This document shows positions 52,392-64,000 of a DNA stretch of 64,000 bases, piece after piece. The stretch spans positions 8,184,001-8,248,000 of the forward strand of contig OZ024761.1 of the NCBI GenBank assembly GCA_964016885.1. Direction: 5' to 3'. The stretch's first letter is position 1. Each line of letters begins with the position of its first letter. Source of the stretch: Eledone cirrhosa (taxonomy: Eukaryota). Below the pieces are notes generated by a model. The model was not told the origin of the DNA, ran no database searches, and saw only the letters and a program-made list of their open reading frames with translations. The position numbers were made by a program, and so were the translations under genes.

Positions 52392-53286
52392 CTAACCCTA
52401 TAATGTTCAAACCGGCCAAAACCTGCCAGAATTCTCTACCTCTTTCTGTTGAAACTGGCTGTAACCGGTCGCTCAAACTGATGTTAAGGTATTGTTCTCA
52501 AAATAAATACTTTCAAAATCTCATAGATTCGATATTCATCATCATCGTTTAACGTCTATCTTCCACACTAGCATGGGTTTAGACGGGAATTGTCCCACTT
52601 GAGGCAAGATTGGTTGTCTCGCTCGTATGGGACTGTCTGGCAGGTTTTCTATGGCTGGATGCCCTTCCTAACACCAACCACGTTTACAGTGTGGACTGGG
52701 ACGTTTTTACCGTGTTACCTACACGGCTGCATTACAGCATGGACTGTGTGTTTTTTTTTTTTTTTGTTGTGACACCTACACGACCTCATTTATTTCGGAC
52801 TGGATGTTGTGGTACCAACATAACTTTACAGAGAGGGGGGGTGGGGGTGATGGGGGGGTGATGGGGGAGGGGTAGTGGGAGGGGGGGTATATTTGGTTAG
52901 GAGGTGCCTACTGACTGTAAGTTTCGCATTGTACTTAGGCAAGGTGGGTCTTCTGTATTACTGTGTAGCGCCAAAGATCTTGGTCCAGTGACATTGTCTT
53001 GGAGAGGTGCAAGTGTGTGAGGTCGAAATTTATCAAATCGTCCCAAGTTTTTCTGGGTCTACCTACTCCGTAACTTCCATCAATTTTGATCGCCCGGCAC
53101 GTTTTTATACAGCTGTCGTCTTTCGTGCGTATCACGTGGCCATACCAACGCAGCCGTCTCTCGAGTAAACAGCATCTGACCCCTCTTATACCTAATTTCT
53201 CACATGTGAGATAATTATGTGAAATAAAGCCTTTACCATGAAAATATAATAGTATATATAGAGTAATGTGAATGCTAAAGGGTTAA
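52392..53286. mobile_element. TTAA MITE split by an RTE family-2 3' fragment (52536-53200, minus)
   Basis: MITE halves end gattcgatatt and resume atgtgagataatt...aaagggttaa. Confidence 0.8.
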
Positions 53287-53311
53287 CATCAAGAGCTAAA
53301 CAAATCAATAG

Positions 53312-54640
53312 ACTTCTTTGCCCACGTATTCCATGAGGGGTGATGGGAGCAGAGTCCTTAAGCATGCCTCCCAGCAGGTTCTATCAGAGGCAACTGTCTC
53401 AAATTGATATGACTGGATCTCCAAGTGAAACCAGCCATGCTCATGGATGTTATCCAACAATCTTGTTTGGGTCTTCTGCCAATTGGTTTAGTCCATAAAA
53501 TCTGTCCAATGATTCTTTCCTGAGACATCCTAACTACATATCTGTAGTAGTGGAGCTGTGATATCTCAATTTGGAGAAATAGCAGCTCTACCTGGCGTGA
53601 CTTTCTGATTTCTGAGCTACAAATCTGTCCAACAATTCTTTCTTCAGATATTCTAACCACCAGTCTGTAATATCGGAGCTGTGATCTCTCAATTTGGAGA
53701 AATAGCAGCTCTACCTGGCGTGACTTTCTGTTTTCTGAGCTACAAATCTGTCCAACAATCCTTTCTTCAGATATTCTAACCACCAGTCTGTAATATCGGA
53801 GCTGTGATCTCTCAATTTGGAGAAATAGCAGCTCTACCTGGCGTGACTTTCTGTTTTCTGAGCTACAAATCTGTCCAACAATCCTTTCTTCAGATATTCT
53901 AACCACCAGTCTGTAATATCGGAGCTGTGATCTCTCAATTTGGAGAAATAGCAGCTCTACCTGGCGTGACTTTCTGTTTTCTGAGCTACAAATCTGTCCA
54001 ACAATCCTTTCTTCAGATATTCTAACCACCAGTCTGTAATATCGGAGCTGTGATCTCTCAATTTGGAGAAATAGCAGCTCTACCTGGCGTGACTTTCTGT
54101 TTTCTGAGCTACAAATCTGTCCAACAATTCTTTCTTCAGATATTCTAACCACCAGTCTGTAATATCGAAGCTGTGATCTCTCAATTTGGAAACATAGTGG
54201 AGTGACTATCTGGAGTGACTCTCTGATTTCCTAGCTACACATCTGTCCAACAATTCTTTCTTCAGATATTCTAACCACCAGTCTGTAATATCGAAGCTGT
54301 GATCTCTCAATTTGGAAACATAGTGGAGTGACTATCTGGAGTGACTCTGATTTCCTAGCTACAAATCTGTCCAACAATTCTTTCTTCAGATATTCTAACC
54401 ATCAGTCTGTAATATCGGAGCTGTGATCTCTCAATTTGGAAACATAGTGGAGTGACTATCTGGAGTGACTCTCTAATTTCCTAGCTACAAATCTGTCCAG
54501 TGTTTCTTTCCTGTGACATTCTAACCATATGCTGTAATATTGGAGCTATGATCTCTCAATTTTGAGTAGTGGTGGCTTTACCTGGAGTGACTCCCCGATC
54601 TCAGAGCTACACACTATCAAGTAACATTACTCAAAAAACC
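53312..54640 (-). mobile_element. RTE 3' fragment with 117-bp coding segment tandemly amplified (about 9 copies)
   Basis: Repeated RQVELLFLQIERSQLRYYRLVVRISEERIVGQICSSENRKS; unamplified relative at 59930-60230. Confidence 0.85.
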
Positions 54641-55425
54641 CTTCAAAGGAACTGAAGGGGATCTTATCAACCAAAAATGCAAATGTTCCCAGTGGATTGT
54701 GAGAACGTTTTTTTTTTTTTTTTATCAACTGGTGCCTGCGTCTGTTTTCCACAAGATTAACATGATTTCACTCACACAAAGACAAAATCTCCACAGACAC
54801 TTCAACAACACAATACAATATGGATTCACTGCCATCACTACTTAAATCACTATTATTTTATTGCATCTCTGCACAAGCCAAAATGAAATGGTAGAGGCAA
54901 GCTCTACAAAACTTTAACCCTTTAGCATTTAAACTAGCCATATCTGTTCAAACTGGCTGTAACCGGCCACTCATACTTATGTTAAGGTATTGTTCTCAAA
55001 ATGAATAACATCAAAATCTCAAAGATTCAATATTATGTGAGGTAAAGACTTTACCGTGAAAATACAATAGTATATATAGAGTAATATAAATGGTAAAGGG
55101 TTAAAGATACGGGAGTGAAATAACCAAGGCAGCTGTAAAGCAAGAATATATGGAAGATCTTACCAGATGGCGCTGGTTTAGCTCTGGCAAAATGAAACCA
55201 GGAACTGGAAATGTTCCCTAAAAGAATGACCAATCAATATGGTGCCAGAGGTAATTAGAAAAAGACAAAAAGACATATAAGAGGGAAATAAAATAAAAAC
55301 AGAATACACAACATCAGAAAAAGGGTTTATAACATTGGGAAAGCAACAATAACAAAAAGGGAGTAGTGTAGTGAATATGAAGAGTTGTGAGATATGTAGC
55401 AAATGACGGAGAAGTTTTTTGTTTT

Positions 55426-57327
55426 TTAACCCTTTAGCATATACATTACTTTATAAGGATAGGCGGTGGATTGGCAGTATCGGTAGAGGGTCGGATGCCA
55501 TGCTTTCCAGCATAGTTACGTCCCTTAACGATCTAAGTTCAAATCCCGCTGAGGTTGACTTTGCCTTTCATCCTTACGGGGTCGATAAAATAAAGTACCA
55601 GTAATGCACTGGGTAATTGCTGGCCTTGTGCCAAAAAGTAGAAACAATTACTTTATAAGGATAGGATAAAGACTCTCTGTGGAGTCGAAGAGGTACCATC
55701 AAGGGGCACATTTAAACCTGGCAGAGCCCAACCCTCTCCAGGTCTGAACACAGCTGAATTTTTGTATAGAGGAAGAATCAATCCCAGTACTGGACTGGTA
55801 CTTTTTTCATTGACCTTGAAAAGATGAAAGGCAAAGTTGACCCAGCAGGATTTGAACTCAGGACGTACAAAGAAGTGGGATGAATACTGTAAAGCATTCT
55901 ATCTGCCAAACATTACTCTATATATACTATTGTATTTTCACCATAAAGGCTTTACCTCACATAACATTTACATTACTCTATATATACTATTGTATTTTCA
56001 CAGTAAAGGCTTTACCTCACATAATATCTCACATAACATTTACATTACTCTATATATACTATTGTATTTTCACAGTAAAGGTTTTTACCTCACATAATAT
56101 CTCACATAACATTTACATTACTCTATATATACTATTGTATTTTCACAGTAAAGGCTTTACCTCACATAACATTTACATTACTCTATATATACTATTATAT
56201 TTTCACAGTAAAGGCTTTACCTCACATAACATTTACATTACTCTATATATACTATTATATTTTCACAGTAAAGGCTTTACCTCACATAACATTTACATTA
56301 CTCTATATATACTATTGTATTTTCACAGTAAAGGCTTTACCTCACATAACATTTACATTACTCTATATATACTATTGTATTTTCACAGTAAAGGCTTTAC
56401 CTCACATAACATTTACATTACTCTATATATACTATTGTATTTTCACGGTAAAGGCTTTACCTCACATAACATTTACATTACTCTATATATACTATTGTAT
56501 TTTCACCGTAAAGGCTTTACCTCACATAATATCTCACAACATTTACATTACTTTATATATATACTATTACATTTTCACAGTAAAGGCTTTACCTCACATA
56601 ACATTTACATTACTCTATATATACTATTGTATTTTCACAGTAAAGGCTTTACCTCACATAACATTTACATTACTCTATATATACTATTATATTTTCACAG
56701 TAAAGGCTTTACCTCACATAACATTTACATTACTCTATATATACTATTGTATTTTCACAGTAAAGGCTTTACCTCACATAATATCTCACAACATTTACAT
56801 TACTCTATATATACTATTGTATTTTCACAGTAAAGGCTTTACCTCACATAACATTTACATTACTCTATATATACTATTATATTTTCACAGTAAAGGCTTT
56901 ACCTCACATAACATTTACATTACTCTATATATACTATTGTATTTTCACAGTAAAGGCTTTACCTCACATAATATCTCTCATAACATTTACATTACTCTAT
57001 ATATGCTATTATATTTTCACAGTAAAGGTTTTTACCTCACATAATATCTCTCATAACATTTACATTACTCTATATATGCTATTATATTTTCACAGTAAAG
57101 GTTTTTACCTCACATAATATCTCTCATAACATTTACATTACTCTATATATGCTATTATATTTTCACAGTAAAGGTTTTTACCTCACATAATATCAAATCT
57201 GATTTTTATATTTATTTTGAGAACCATACCTTAACATCAGTATGAGTGGCTGGTTACAGCCGATTTGAACAGAAAGAGGCGAGAGAATTCTGGCTGGATA
57301 TGGGTGGTTTAAATGCTAAAGGGTTAA
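55426..57327. mobile_element. TTAA MITE expanded by a 60/72-bp tandem array (55910-57190) and nested SINEs
   Basis: ttaaccctttagcat ... atgctaaagggttaa; about 20 units of acattactctatatatactattgtattttcacagtaaaggctttacctcacata. Confidence 0.8.
55460..55650 (+). mobile_element. Full-length SINE family C with target-site duplication
   Basis: attactttataaggat flanks both sides; ggcggtggattggcagtatcgg head. Confidence 0.85.
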
Positions 57328-57583
57328 AAGCTGGTACAATGCTGTAGAAAATATGAAGGGCAAATGATGGTAAATGAAACAAAACAAAGTAAAATAATGT
57401 TTTACCCAGTGTATTACGACATGATATTTCACGGCTATTACTCTTTTACAGATGTAGGATGGTCAATATGAGGGTTTTAGCCTTATTATGCTGTAATACA
57501 CTGGGTAAAATGTGACTGTTTTGTTTTGATTCCTTTAGCATCATTTGCCCTTCATATTTTCTACCACATTATACCAGCTTTAA
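57324..57583. mobile_element. Fold-back MITE with TTAA ends
   Basis: aaagctggta...tagaaaatatgaagggcaaatgatg / catcatttgcccttcatattttcta...taccagcttt. Confidence 0.7.
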
Positions 57584-57751
57584 AAAAAAAAAACCTTATC
57601 AATCATTTACTACATGAAAAAACAATATTATGAGGTTAGTAATGGTTAACTCTTTTGTTACCATATTTCTAATGGTAGAAAGACACTGCCAATGATTTTC
57701 AAATGATTTTCAAAATAATCCGGAATTTGCGGGCATTTAGTAATTAATAAA

Positions 57752-57936
57752 CCGTATATACTTGAATATAAGCTGATCCCTTATTATATGTCTGAGAAGT
57801 GGGCAAAAATACAAACCTTATTTATGTAGAATTTGAAGTTGGTGAAAATAGTCAAGATATTGTCCCTGAATAATTATCCAACTCCCTTTCTACCATTGAT
57901 TTTTTGGTCACATAATCCTTGGCTTATATTTGAGTA
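57752..57936. mobile_element. Tc2/pogo-like MITE (second copy about 58856-59068)
   Basis: ccgtatatacttgaatataagc ... gcttatatttgagta TIR-like ends. Confidence 0.55.
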
Positions 57937-58389
57937 ATGTCACTGGACCGAGACCTTTGGCGGTACTCAGTAATAGAGAAGACCCGCCTTACCTAAATAC
58001 ATAATAAAACCTACTACAGCCAGTAGGCATCTCTAACAAAATACACCCCCGTCCCACCACCCCCACCCCATCCACACCACCCCCTCCTATGTAAAGTTAT
58101 GTTGGTGCCACACCATCCAGGCCGAAACAAATGAGATCGTGTAGGTGTCACGACAAAAAAACACACAGTCCACGCTGTAATGTGGCCGTGTAGGCAACAC
58201 GGTAAAAACCTCCCAGCCCCACACTGTAAATGTGGTTGGTGTTAGGAAGGGCATCCAGCTGTAGAAAACCCGCCAGACAGTCCTATGCGAGCAAGACAAC
58301 CACTCTTGCCTCAAGTGGGAAAACCCCCGTCCAAACCCATGCAAGCGTGGAACACGGACGTTAAACGTTGATGATGATGATGATGATGA
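57936..58389 (+). mobile_element. RTE family-2 3' end
   Basis: SLDRDLWRYSVIEKTRLT* plus UTR and (atg)n. Confidence 0.9.
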
Positions 58390-58504
58390 TATATATATAT
58401 ATGTCTGGTTAAAACAACATGGATGAGTTGCATAATGTAGAGTGGTTTCCCTTCTAAGACATCATGGTTTACTAAACAATGACCAACTCTATCCAGTGGT
58501 GAAC

Positions 58505-58535
<31 letters not shown>

Positions 58536-58539
58536 ATGG

Positions 58540-59416
58540 AGGTACATGGCTTAGTGGTTTGAGCATTGACCTTGCAATCGAAAGGTTGTGAGTTCAATTC
58601 TGTGTCCTTGAGCAAGACACTTTATTTCACATTGCTCCAGTTTACTGCAAAGTGGTCGTGGAGGTGCCACGGCAAAAAGCACCCAGCCCACACTGTAAAG
58701 TGGACATGTAGGCGCCACGGAAAAAAAGCACCCAGCACTCACTGTAAATGAGGTTGGTGTTAGGAAGGGCATCCAGTTGTAGAAATCAAGCCAGAATCAG
58801 TTCCCGTCCCACCCTTACAAGCAGGGAAAAGCGGACGTATGATGATGATGATGATGGTAATTTATGCACACATGAATATGAGCCAATACAGGCCGACCCC
58901 ACTATTTTATGTCTGAGAAATGGGAAAGAATCCAAACCTTATTTACGCAAAATTTGAAGTTGGTGAAAATCATCAAAATACTGACCTTGTGTATAGACCC
59001 TCCCCAACTTTCTACCATTGAGTATTTTTGGTCATATATTCCTCAGCTTATAATCAGATATATACAGTGAAGGCACATGGCTTATTGGTTAGAGCATTGG
59101 CCTTGCAATCGAAATGTTGTGAGTTCAATTCTCAGACCGGGTGATGTGTTGTTTCCTTGAGCAAGACACTTTATTTCACATTGCTCCAGTTTACTCAGCT
59201 GTAGAAATGAGATGATAGGGACTGGGGTCCCTATCATTCCACTGCAAAGTGGTCGTGGAGGTGCCACGGCAAAAAAAGCACCCAGCACTCACTGTAAATG
59301 AGGTTGGTGTTAGGAAGGGCATCCAGCTATAGAAATCAAGCCAAAATCAGTTCCCGTCCCACCCTTGCAAGCAGGGAAAAAGCGGACGTAAAATGAAATG
59401 AAAATGAAATGAAATG
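58540..59416 (+). mobile_element. Two SINE family A copies (58540-58856, 59071-59416)
   Basis: Same head, body and tail as 19159-19492. Confidence 0.88.
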
Positions 59417-60546
59417 ATACAGTAAATAACTTTATCATTAGAGAGTAATGTTAGCTTGAAATCATGTGAACTGAATTGTAAATATTAAAAATATGATAAT
59501 AATGACAAAGTTGTATGTTATTCAAAGGCTAAGAAAATGCAAAATTGACAGTAGATTTTGGAATAAATTGAAGGCAATGAAGATGCTGGTGTGTCACCTG
59601 TTATTTACCTGTCCTAATATTTCAGGTCCCAAAATCCCTTCACCAGAAAACTACAATGAGAATCTGGCTCAGAGTTTGTACTTTTGTTGTTTATAGGCTC
59701 ATTAGGATGTTACCTTGCAGTTCTTTATATTTCGGTGATATAATCCCTTCATCAACAGATTTATAGAAAAGACTAGTTTCGAGCTGAATATTTTCCGTCA
59801 CTATTAACCTTTTGAAGAAGAGATATTATCACCAAAATATAAGGACCTTTAAAGAACTGCAAAGTAACATGTCAACATCATTGTTATCATTATATTTTTA
59901 ATATTTATTATCCAATTCACATTGTGGTAGCCTTCTTCTTTGCCCACTTATTCCTGAGAGGGTCTTGAGGGCAGAGTCCTCAAACATTCCCTCCAGCAGC
60001 TGCTGTCAGAAGCAACCATCTCCAACTGATCCAGCTCGATCTCCAAGCTGAGCTCATGGATGTTATCCAACCATCTTGCTTGAGGCATGTATACCCCTGG
60101 GTCTCTTGCTGGTTGGTTTTGCCCATAAAATCTGTCCAGCGATTCTTTCCTGAGACATTCTAACCACATGTCAAGGGTATCAGAGCTGTGATCTCTCAAT
60201 TCGGAGAAGTAACAGCTCTACCTGGAGTGGGCATTATGGTAGCCTTAAAACAAAATACTATTTTCTATACATTCTCATTATTAAGTTAGTGTTGGAACAT
60301 AACTTAACAAAGGTTCTTACATAAAATTTTGATGGAAGGTTTTTAGATACATATAAACACTTTAAAAAGAATTTTCTACCATAGAACTAGGGACGATTTC
60401 ATACAGGTTGGTATCAAAAGAGTTAATACATGAATGGTTAGTGCAAAACATACAGCAGAACTTCATAAGTTGGGGTTGGTAGAGAAGTATTAATGTTTAA
60501 GATTCAATCCATTTGAACCTTGTTACATGCAGTCAGTTTTGTTGTA

Positions 60547-61167
60547 CAGGTCACAATCTTTTATCTGAAATTCTGAAAAGCTCCAAAATCAGAACATTTT
60601 TTCCAGGATGTTGTCGGCACACCAAAGCTCGCGTTTGGTGCCAAACTTGACCCAAAATGACCCACAGTCGACCCAAGTCACACAGTTGTGTCTCAGTGCT
60701 TCAGTCAAACACATGTCACCTCTGTTGCTCACTGACGTTTTGCTGATTTTTTGCTGATTTTTATTTTACTTTGAAGACTGTTAAGATGTCAAAATGAGCA
60801 GCAAATTCCCATTTTTTTTTTACAGTGAGAAGCAGAAAAGGAACCATCTGTCAATATAGATAACAGAGAAAGTAGAGTTATTGCAGAAGCTTGATCGTGG
60901 TGTTACTGAAGCTTATGGTGTGGGAACTACCACCATATACGACCTAAAGAAACAGAAACGTAAGTCCATGTAGCCCTGCTAGGGTTACAAGAGAGCGCTA
61001 CCTCCCTCACCGAGTAACTGCCGGGATCGCGGTGCAAACTCGCGACCTTGCGCCCACAAACCTAGCACTCTAACACGGAGCCACCATGCCCCCTGTAAAA
61101 TTCTTCCATTCTGAAAATCGGAAAAGTGTCTGGTCGCGAGGTTTTCAGATAAGAGATTGTGAACTTG
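60547..61167 (+). mobile_element. Internally deleted Tigger/pogo transposon with nested tRNA-SINE head (about 60975-61093, minus)
   Basis: TIRs caggtcacaatcttttatctg / cagataagagattgtgaacttg; CENP-B/Jerky-type HTH remnant EKQKRNHLSI*ITEKVELLQKLDRGV..YGVGTTTIYDLKKQK. Confidence 0.8.
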
Positions 61168-61801
61168 CACCACTTAGGAAAGAAAACAGGAGTAATACTC
61201 ATGTCCCTTTACAGGACCCCAGGGAATGGTAGAAAGGAAGGAGGAATATATCTACAAAACTGGACATCTCCAAATAATAGCAACAGTACTGACTTCACTA
61301 AAGCTCCACCCCAACCTTCACCCAAGGGTCAAGTGGGGTTCGAGGGGGGGTGTAAACTAGGCAACAGATTATGTCAAGCACCCAAGAAGGCCACAGCGGA
61401 AGTTTTAATTCAAAAGCCTCCAAGAGACAGAACAAATACCACAAGGCACCCTGACTCTAATGATTTCCGCCAATCCACTGGCCCCTTACTTATTAACCAG
61501 TGGCAGGATAACAAGCAAAATTGCCCCCATGGTGGGATGTGAACTCAGAAATGGAAGAAGGATTTAAGTGTGACAATAATTGTGAAGTTACGGCACTAAA
61601 TGACAGATCAAGGTACCATTAGCTAAGAACCTGCTATAGCTTATCTCTTGTAGAGGGAGGATATCTCTCTTGTACATTTAAATTGTATATTTATGTGTGT
61701 ATGTATATATATATGTGTGTATGTATATATATATATATATGTGTGTATATATCATCATCATCGTTTAACGTCTATCTTCCACGCTCGCATATATATATAT
61801 A

Positions 61802-62109
61802 TCATCATCATCATCATTTTACATCTGCTTTTTCCCTGCTTGCAAGGGTGGGACAGGAACTGATTCTGGCTTGATTTCTACAGATGGATGCCCTTCCTAA
61901 CACCAACCTCATTTACAGTGAGTGCTGGGTGCTTTTTTGCTGTGGCGCCTACACGACCACTTTGCATCTCATTTCTACAGCTGAGTAAACTGGAGCAATG
62001 TGAAATAAAGTGTCTTGCTCAAGGAAACAACACATCACCCGGTCTGAGAATTGAACTCACAACCTTTCGATTGCAAGGCCAATGCTCTAACCACTAAGCC
62101 ATGTGCCTC
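61802..62109 (-). mobile_element. SINE family A copy
   Basis: Reverse complement of 19159-19492 with a shorter middle. Confidence 0.88.
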
Positions 62110-62363
62110 CATATATATATATATGTCCCAAGGCTCTGATACCATCAACACTATACACACAGAGCTGGCATATCTAAGAACTGACTAACTGCCTGATGAG
62201 GTCATAGCCATTCAATGGCTATCATCGAAATATATAAAGCAGTAAATAAAGGAGTATGAGTTCAGGCAATTGATGTATGTATGTATGTATGTATGTATGT
62301 GTGTGCGTGTGTGCATGCGTGCATGTATGTATGTATGTATGTATGAATGTATGTATGTATGTA

Positions 62364-62820
62364 TCAAAGGGCAAAGGAGCTCTTAAGAGTCAATGCCCAT
62401 CCAAAATCACTGGGAGAGATGACCCCTTAGCCTTTGTCAAGGCAGAATTCTAGGAGAAGGAAAACTCTGATATAACACTTGCAACTCTGATGGTATCCAA
62501 TGATGTTGACTTGTTCTTCTTTCTGGTAAATATCATCTTGGTTAAGAGAGTGGGACTGGCTTTGTGCAGTGCCTTTGCTCACTATAAAAGCTTCACGGCA
62601 CAGGCATTGTTTTATATCTGTAGATCTCTCTGCACTTGTCGTCACATGGTAGCATGGGCCCGGCACTATGTGTCAATAATTGTCACAAGTGTAGTGTTTG
62701 TACCAGAGTTTTCAAGTTGCTGGCTGGACTAAAAAGTCACTCGTTGAGCGCATCAGTAGGGGTTCTCCTACATGGATATAAAGTAGTGGCCGTACTCGAA
62801 AACGAGTTGGCAGCCACCAT
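62364..62820 (+). mobile_element. Bipartite RTE element, copy 3 (5'-truncated, opposite orientation)
   Basis: Reverse complement of 39085-39543; flanked by (TATG/CATG)n. Confidence 0.8.
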
Positions 62821-63207
62821 GCATGCATGCATGCATGCATGCATGCATGTATGTATGTATGCATGTATGTATGTATGTATGTATGTATGTATGATGAATG
62901 TTACAGGGTTAGAGTGATTTTAGAATGTTTCCCTTGGTCCACTACCTTGCCTCCGTAAGGGCTCACCATCCTCCAAATCTGAACAATTGTTTCCTGACAG
63001 AATTAGTGGCCCTTTGCCAGATATACAGCTTGGTGATGGCTATCTTTAGTTTCTCCATAACAGCTCAACAAGGCTTCTTTATGAATCAATTTACAAATGG
63101 CAAGTTGGCTGGTTGGCAATAAATATATTTTCTGAATAGAATAATACAGCAACAATATATTACCAGTTCATGATACTACCAAGACTCCATGAAAAACACC
63201 GTCATAT

Positions 63208-63616
63208 TTAACCCTTTAGCATACACATTACTCTATATATACTATTATATTTTCATGGTAAAGGCTTTACCTCACATAACATTCACATTACTCTATATAT
63301 ACTATTATATTTTCACAGTAAAGGCTTTACCTCACATAATATCTCACATAACATTCACATTACTCTATATATACTATTATATTTTCACAGTAAAGGCTTT
63401 ACCTCACATAATATCTCACATAACATTTACATTACTCTATATATACTATTATATTTTCATGGTAAAGGCTTTACCTCACATAATATCGAATCTATGAGAT
63501 TTTGAAAGTATTTATTTTGAGAACAATACCTTAACATCAGTTTCAGTGACCAGTTACAGCCAGTTTCAACAGAAAGAGATACAGAATTCTGGCCGGTTTT
63601 AACACTAAAGGGTTAA
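63208..63616. mobile_element. TTAA MITE copy with internal tandem
   Basis: Same family as 19913-20283. Confidence 0.8.
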
Positions 63617-63711
63617 TACAACAAATACATATAGTCACTCCATGATACTCCCAAGTCTTAGTCTTAGCTTTTCTGCACCTCGAATGGTACCATTTTGCCA
63701 ACAATCATGAT

Positions 63712-63994
63712 CTGTTATAGCCTGAAGGGCAATAATAAAAAGGAGGGGGCTAAGGACGGAGCCCTGATGAACACCGTCTTTTGCGCTAAATTCTTCACTA
63801 TATTCGTTGTTAATTCTAACCTTGATGACTGTTTCTTTATACAGGGCTTGTATAGCTCTCACGAGCCATTCATCAACACCTAGTTTTCTAAGAGCCCACC
63901 AGATAATGGAGCGGGGGACTCTGTCAAAGGCTTTCGCCAAAGCTAAGTATAGGGGTTTACTTTTAGCTAGGTACTTCTCCTGTAGTTGTCGTAC
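63712..63994 (-). mobile_element. RTE family-2 RT fragment
   Basis: KAFDRVPRSIIWWALRKLGVDEWLV...GVHQGSVLSPLLF. Confidence 0.9.
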
Positions 63995-64000
63995 AGGGAA

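Noticed and set aside
53358-54152. 264-aa repeat protein
   Set aside because: In-frame tandem amplification of an RTE C-terminal fragment with no support as a gene.

Overview
Repeat-dense eukaryotic (metazoan) DNA. The SINE/RTE repertoire looks like that of an octopod cephalopod, which is an inference and not a database match. One host gene is supported: an AKAP10/D-AKAP2-like dual-RGS gene on the minus strand. It has nine internal exons (32986 down to 451) joined by GT-AG introns with consistent phases. The first exon was not found, and the C-terminal exons lie beyond position 1. The rest is RTE-clade LINEs, tRNA-head SINEs that share their tails, Tc1/mariner, Tigger, TTAA-type and Helitron-like remnants, microsatellites and many locally amplified minisatellites. 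Highlights: (1) a type I hammerhead-ribozyme motif in three copies (41.3, 41.4 and 46.7 kb), two of them forming a palindrome within a cluster of hairpins in (TA)n, suggesting a Penelope/retrozyme-like family; (2) a 2.6-kb array of about 60 copies of an AKAP10 splice acceptor, where the copies read lead to an in-frame stop; (3) a (Y)nCAG|GTGTGT repeat in another intron; (4) inverted repeat arrays bracketing a 1140-nt frame-symmetric exon pair. Most long ORFs in the track are microsatellite artefacts.
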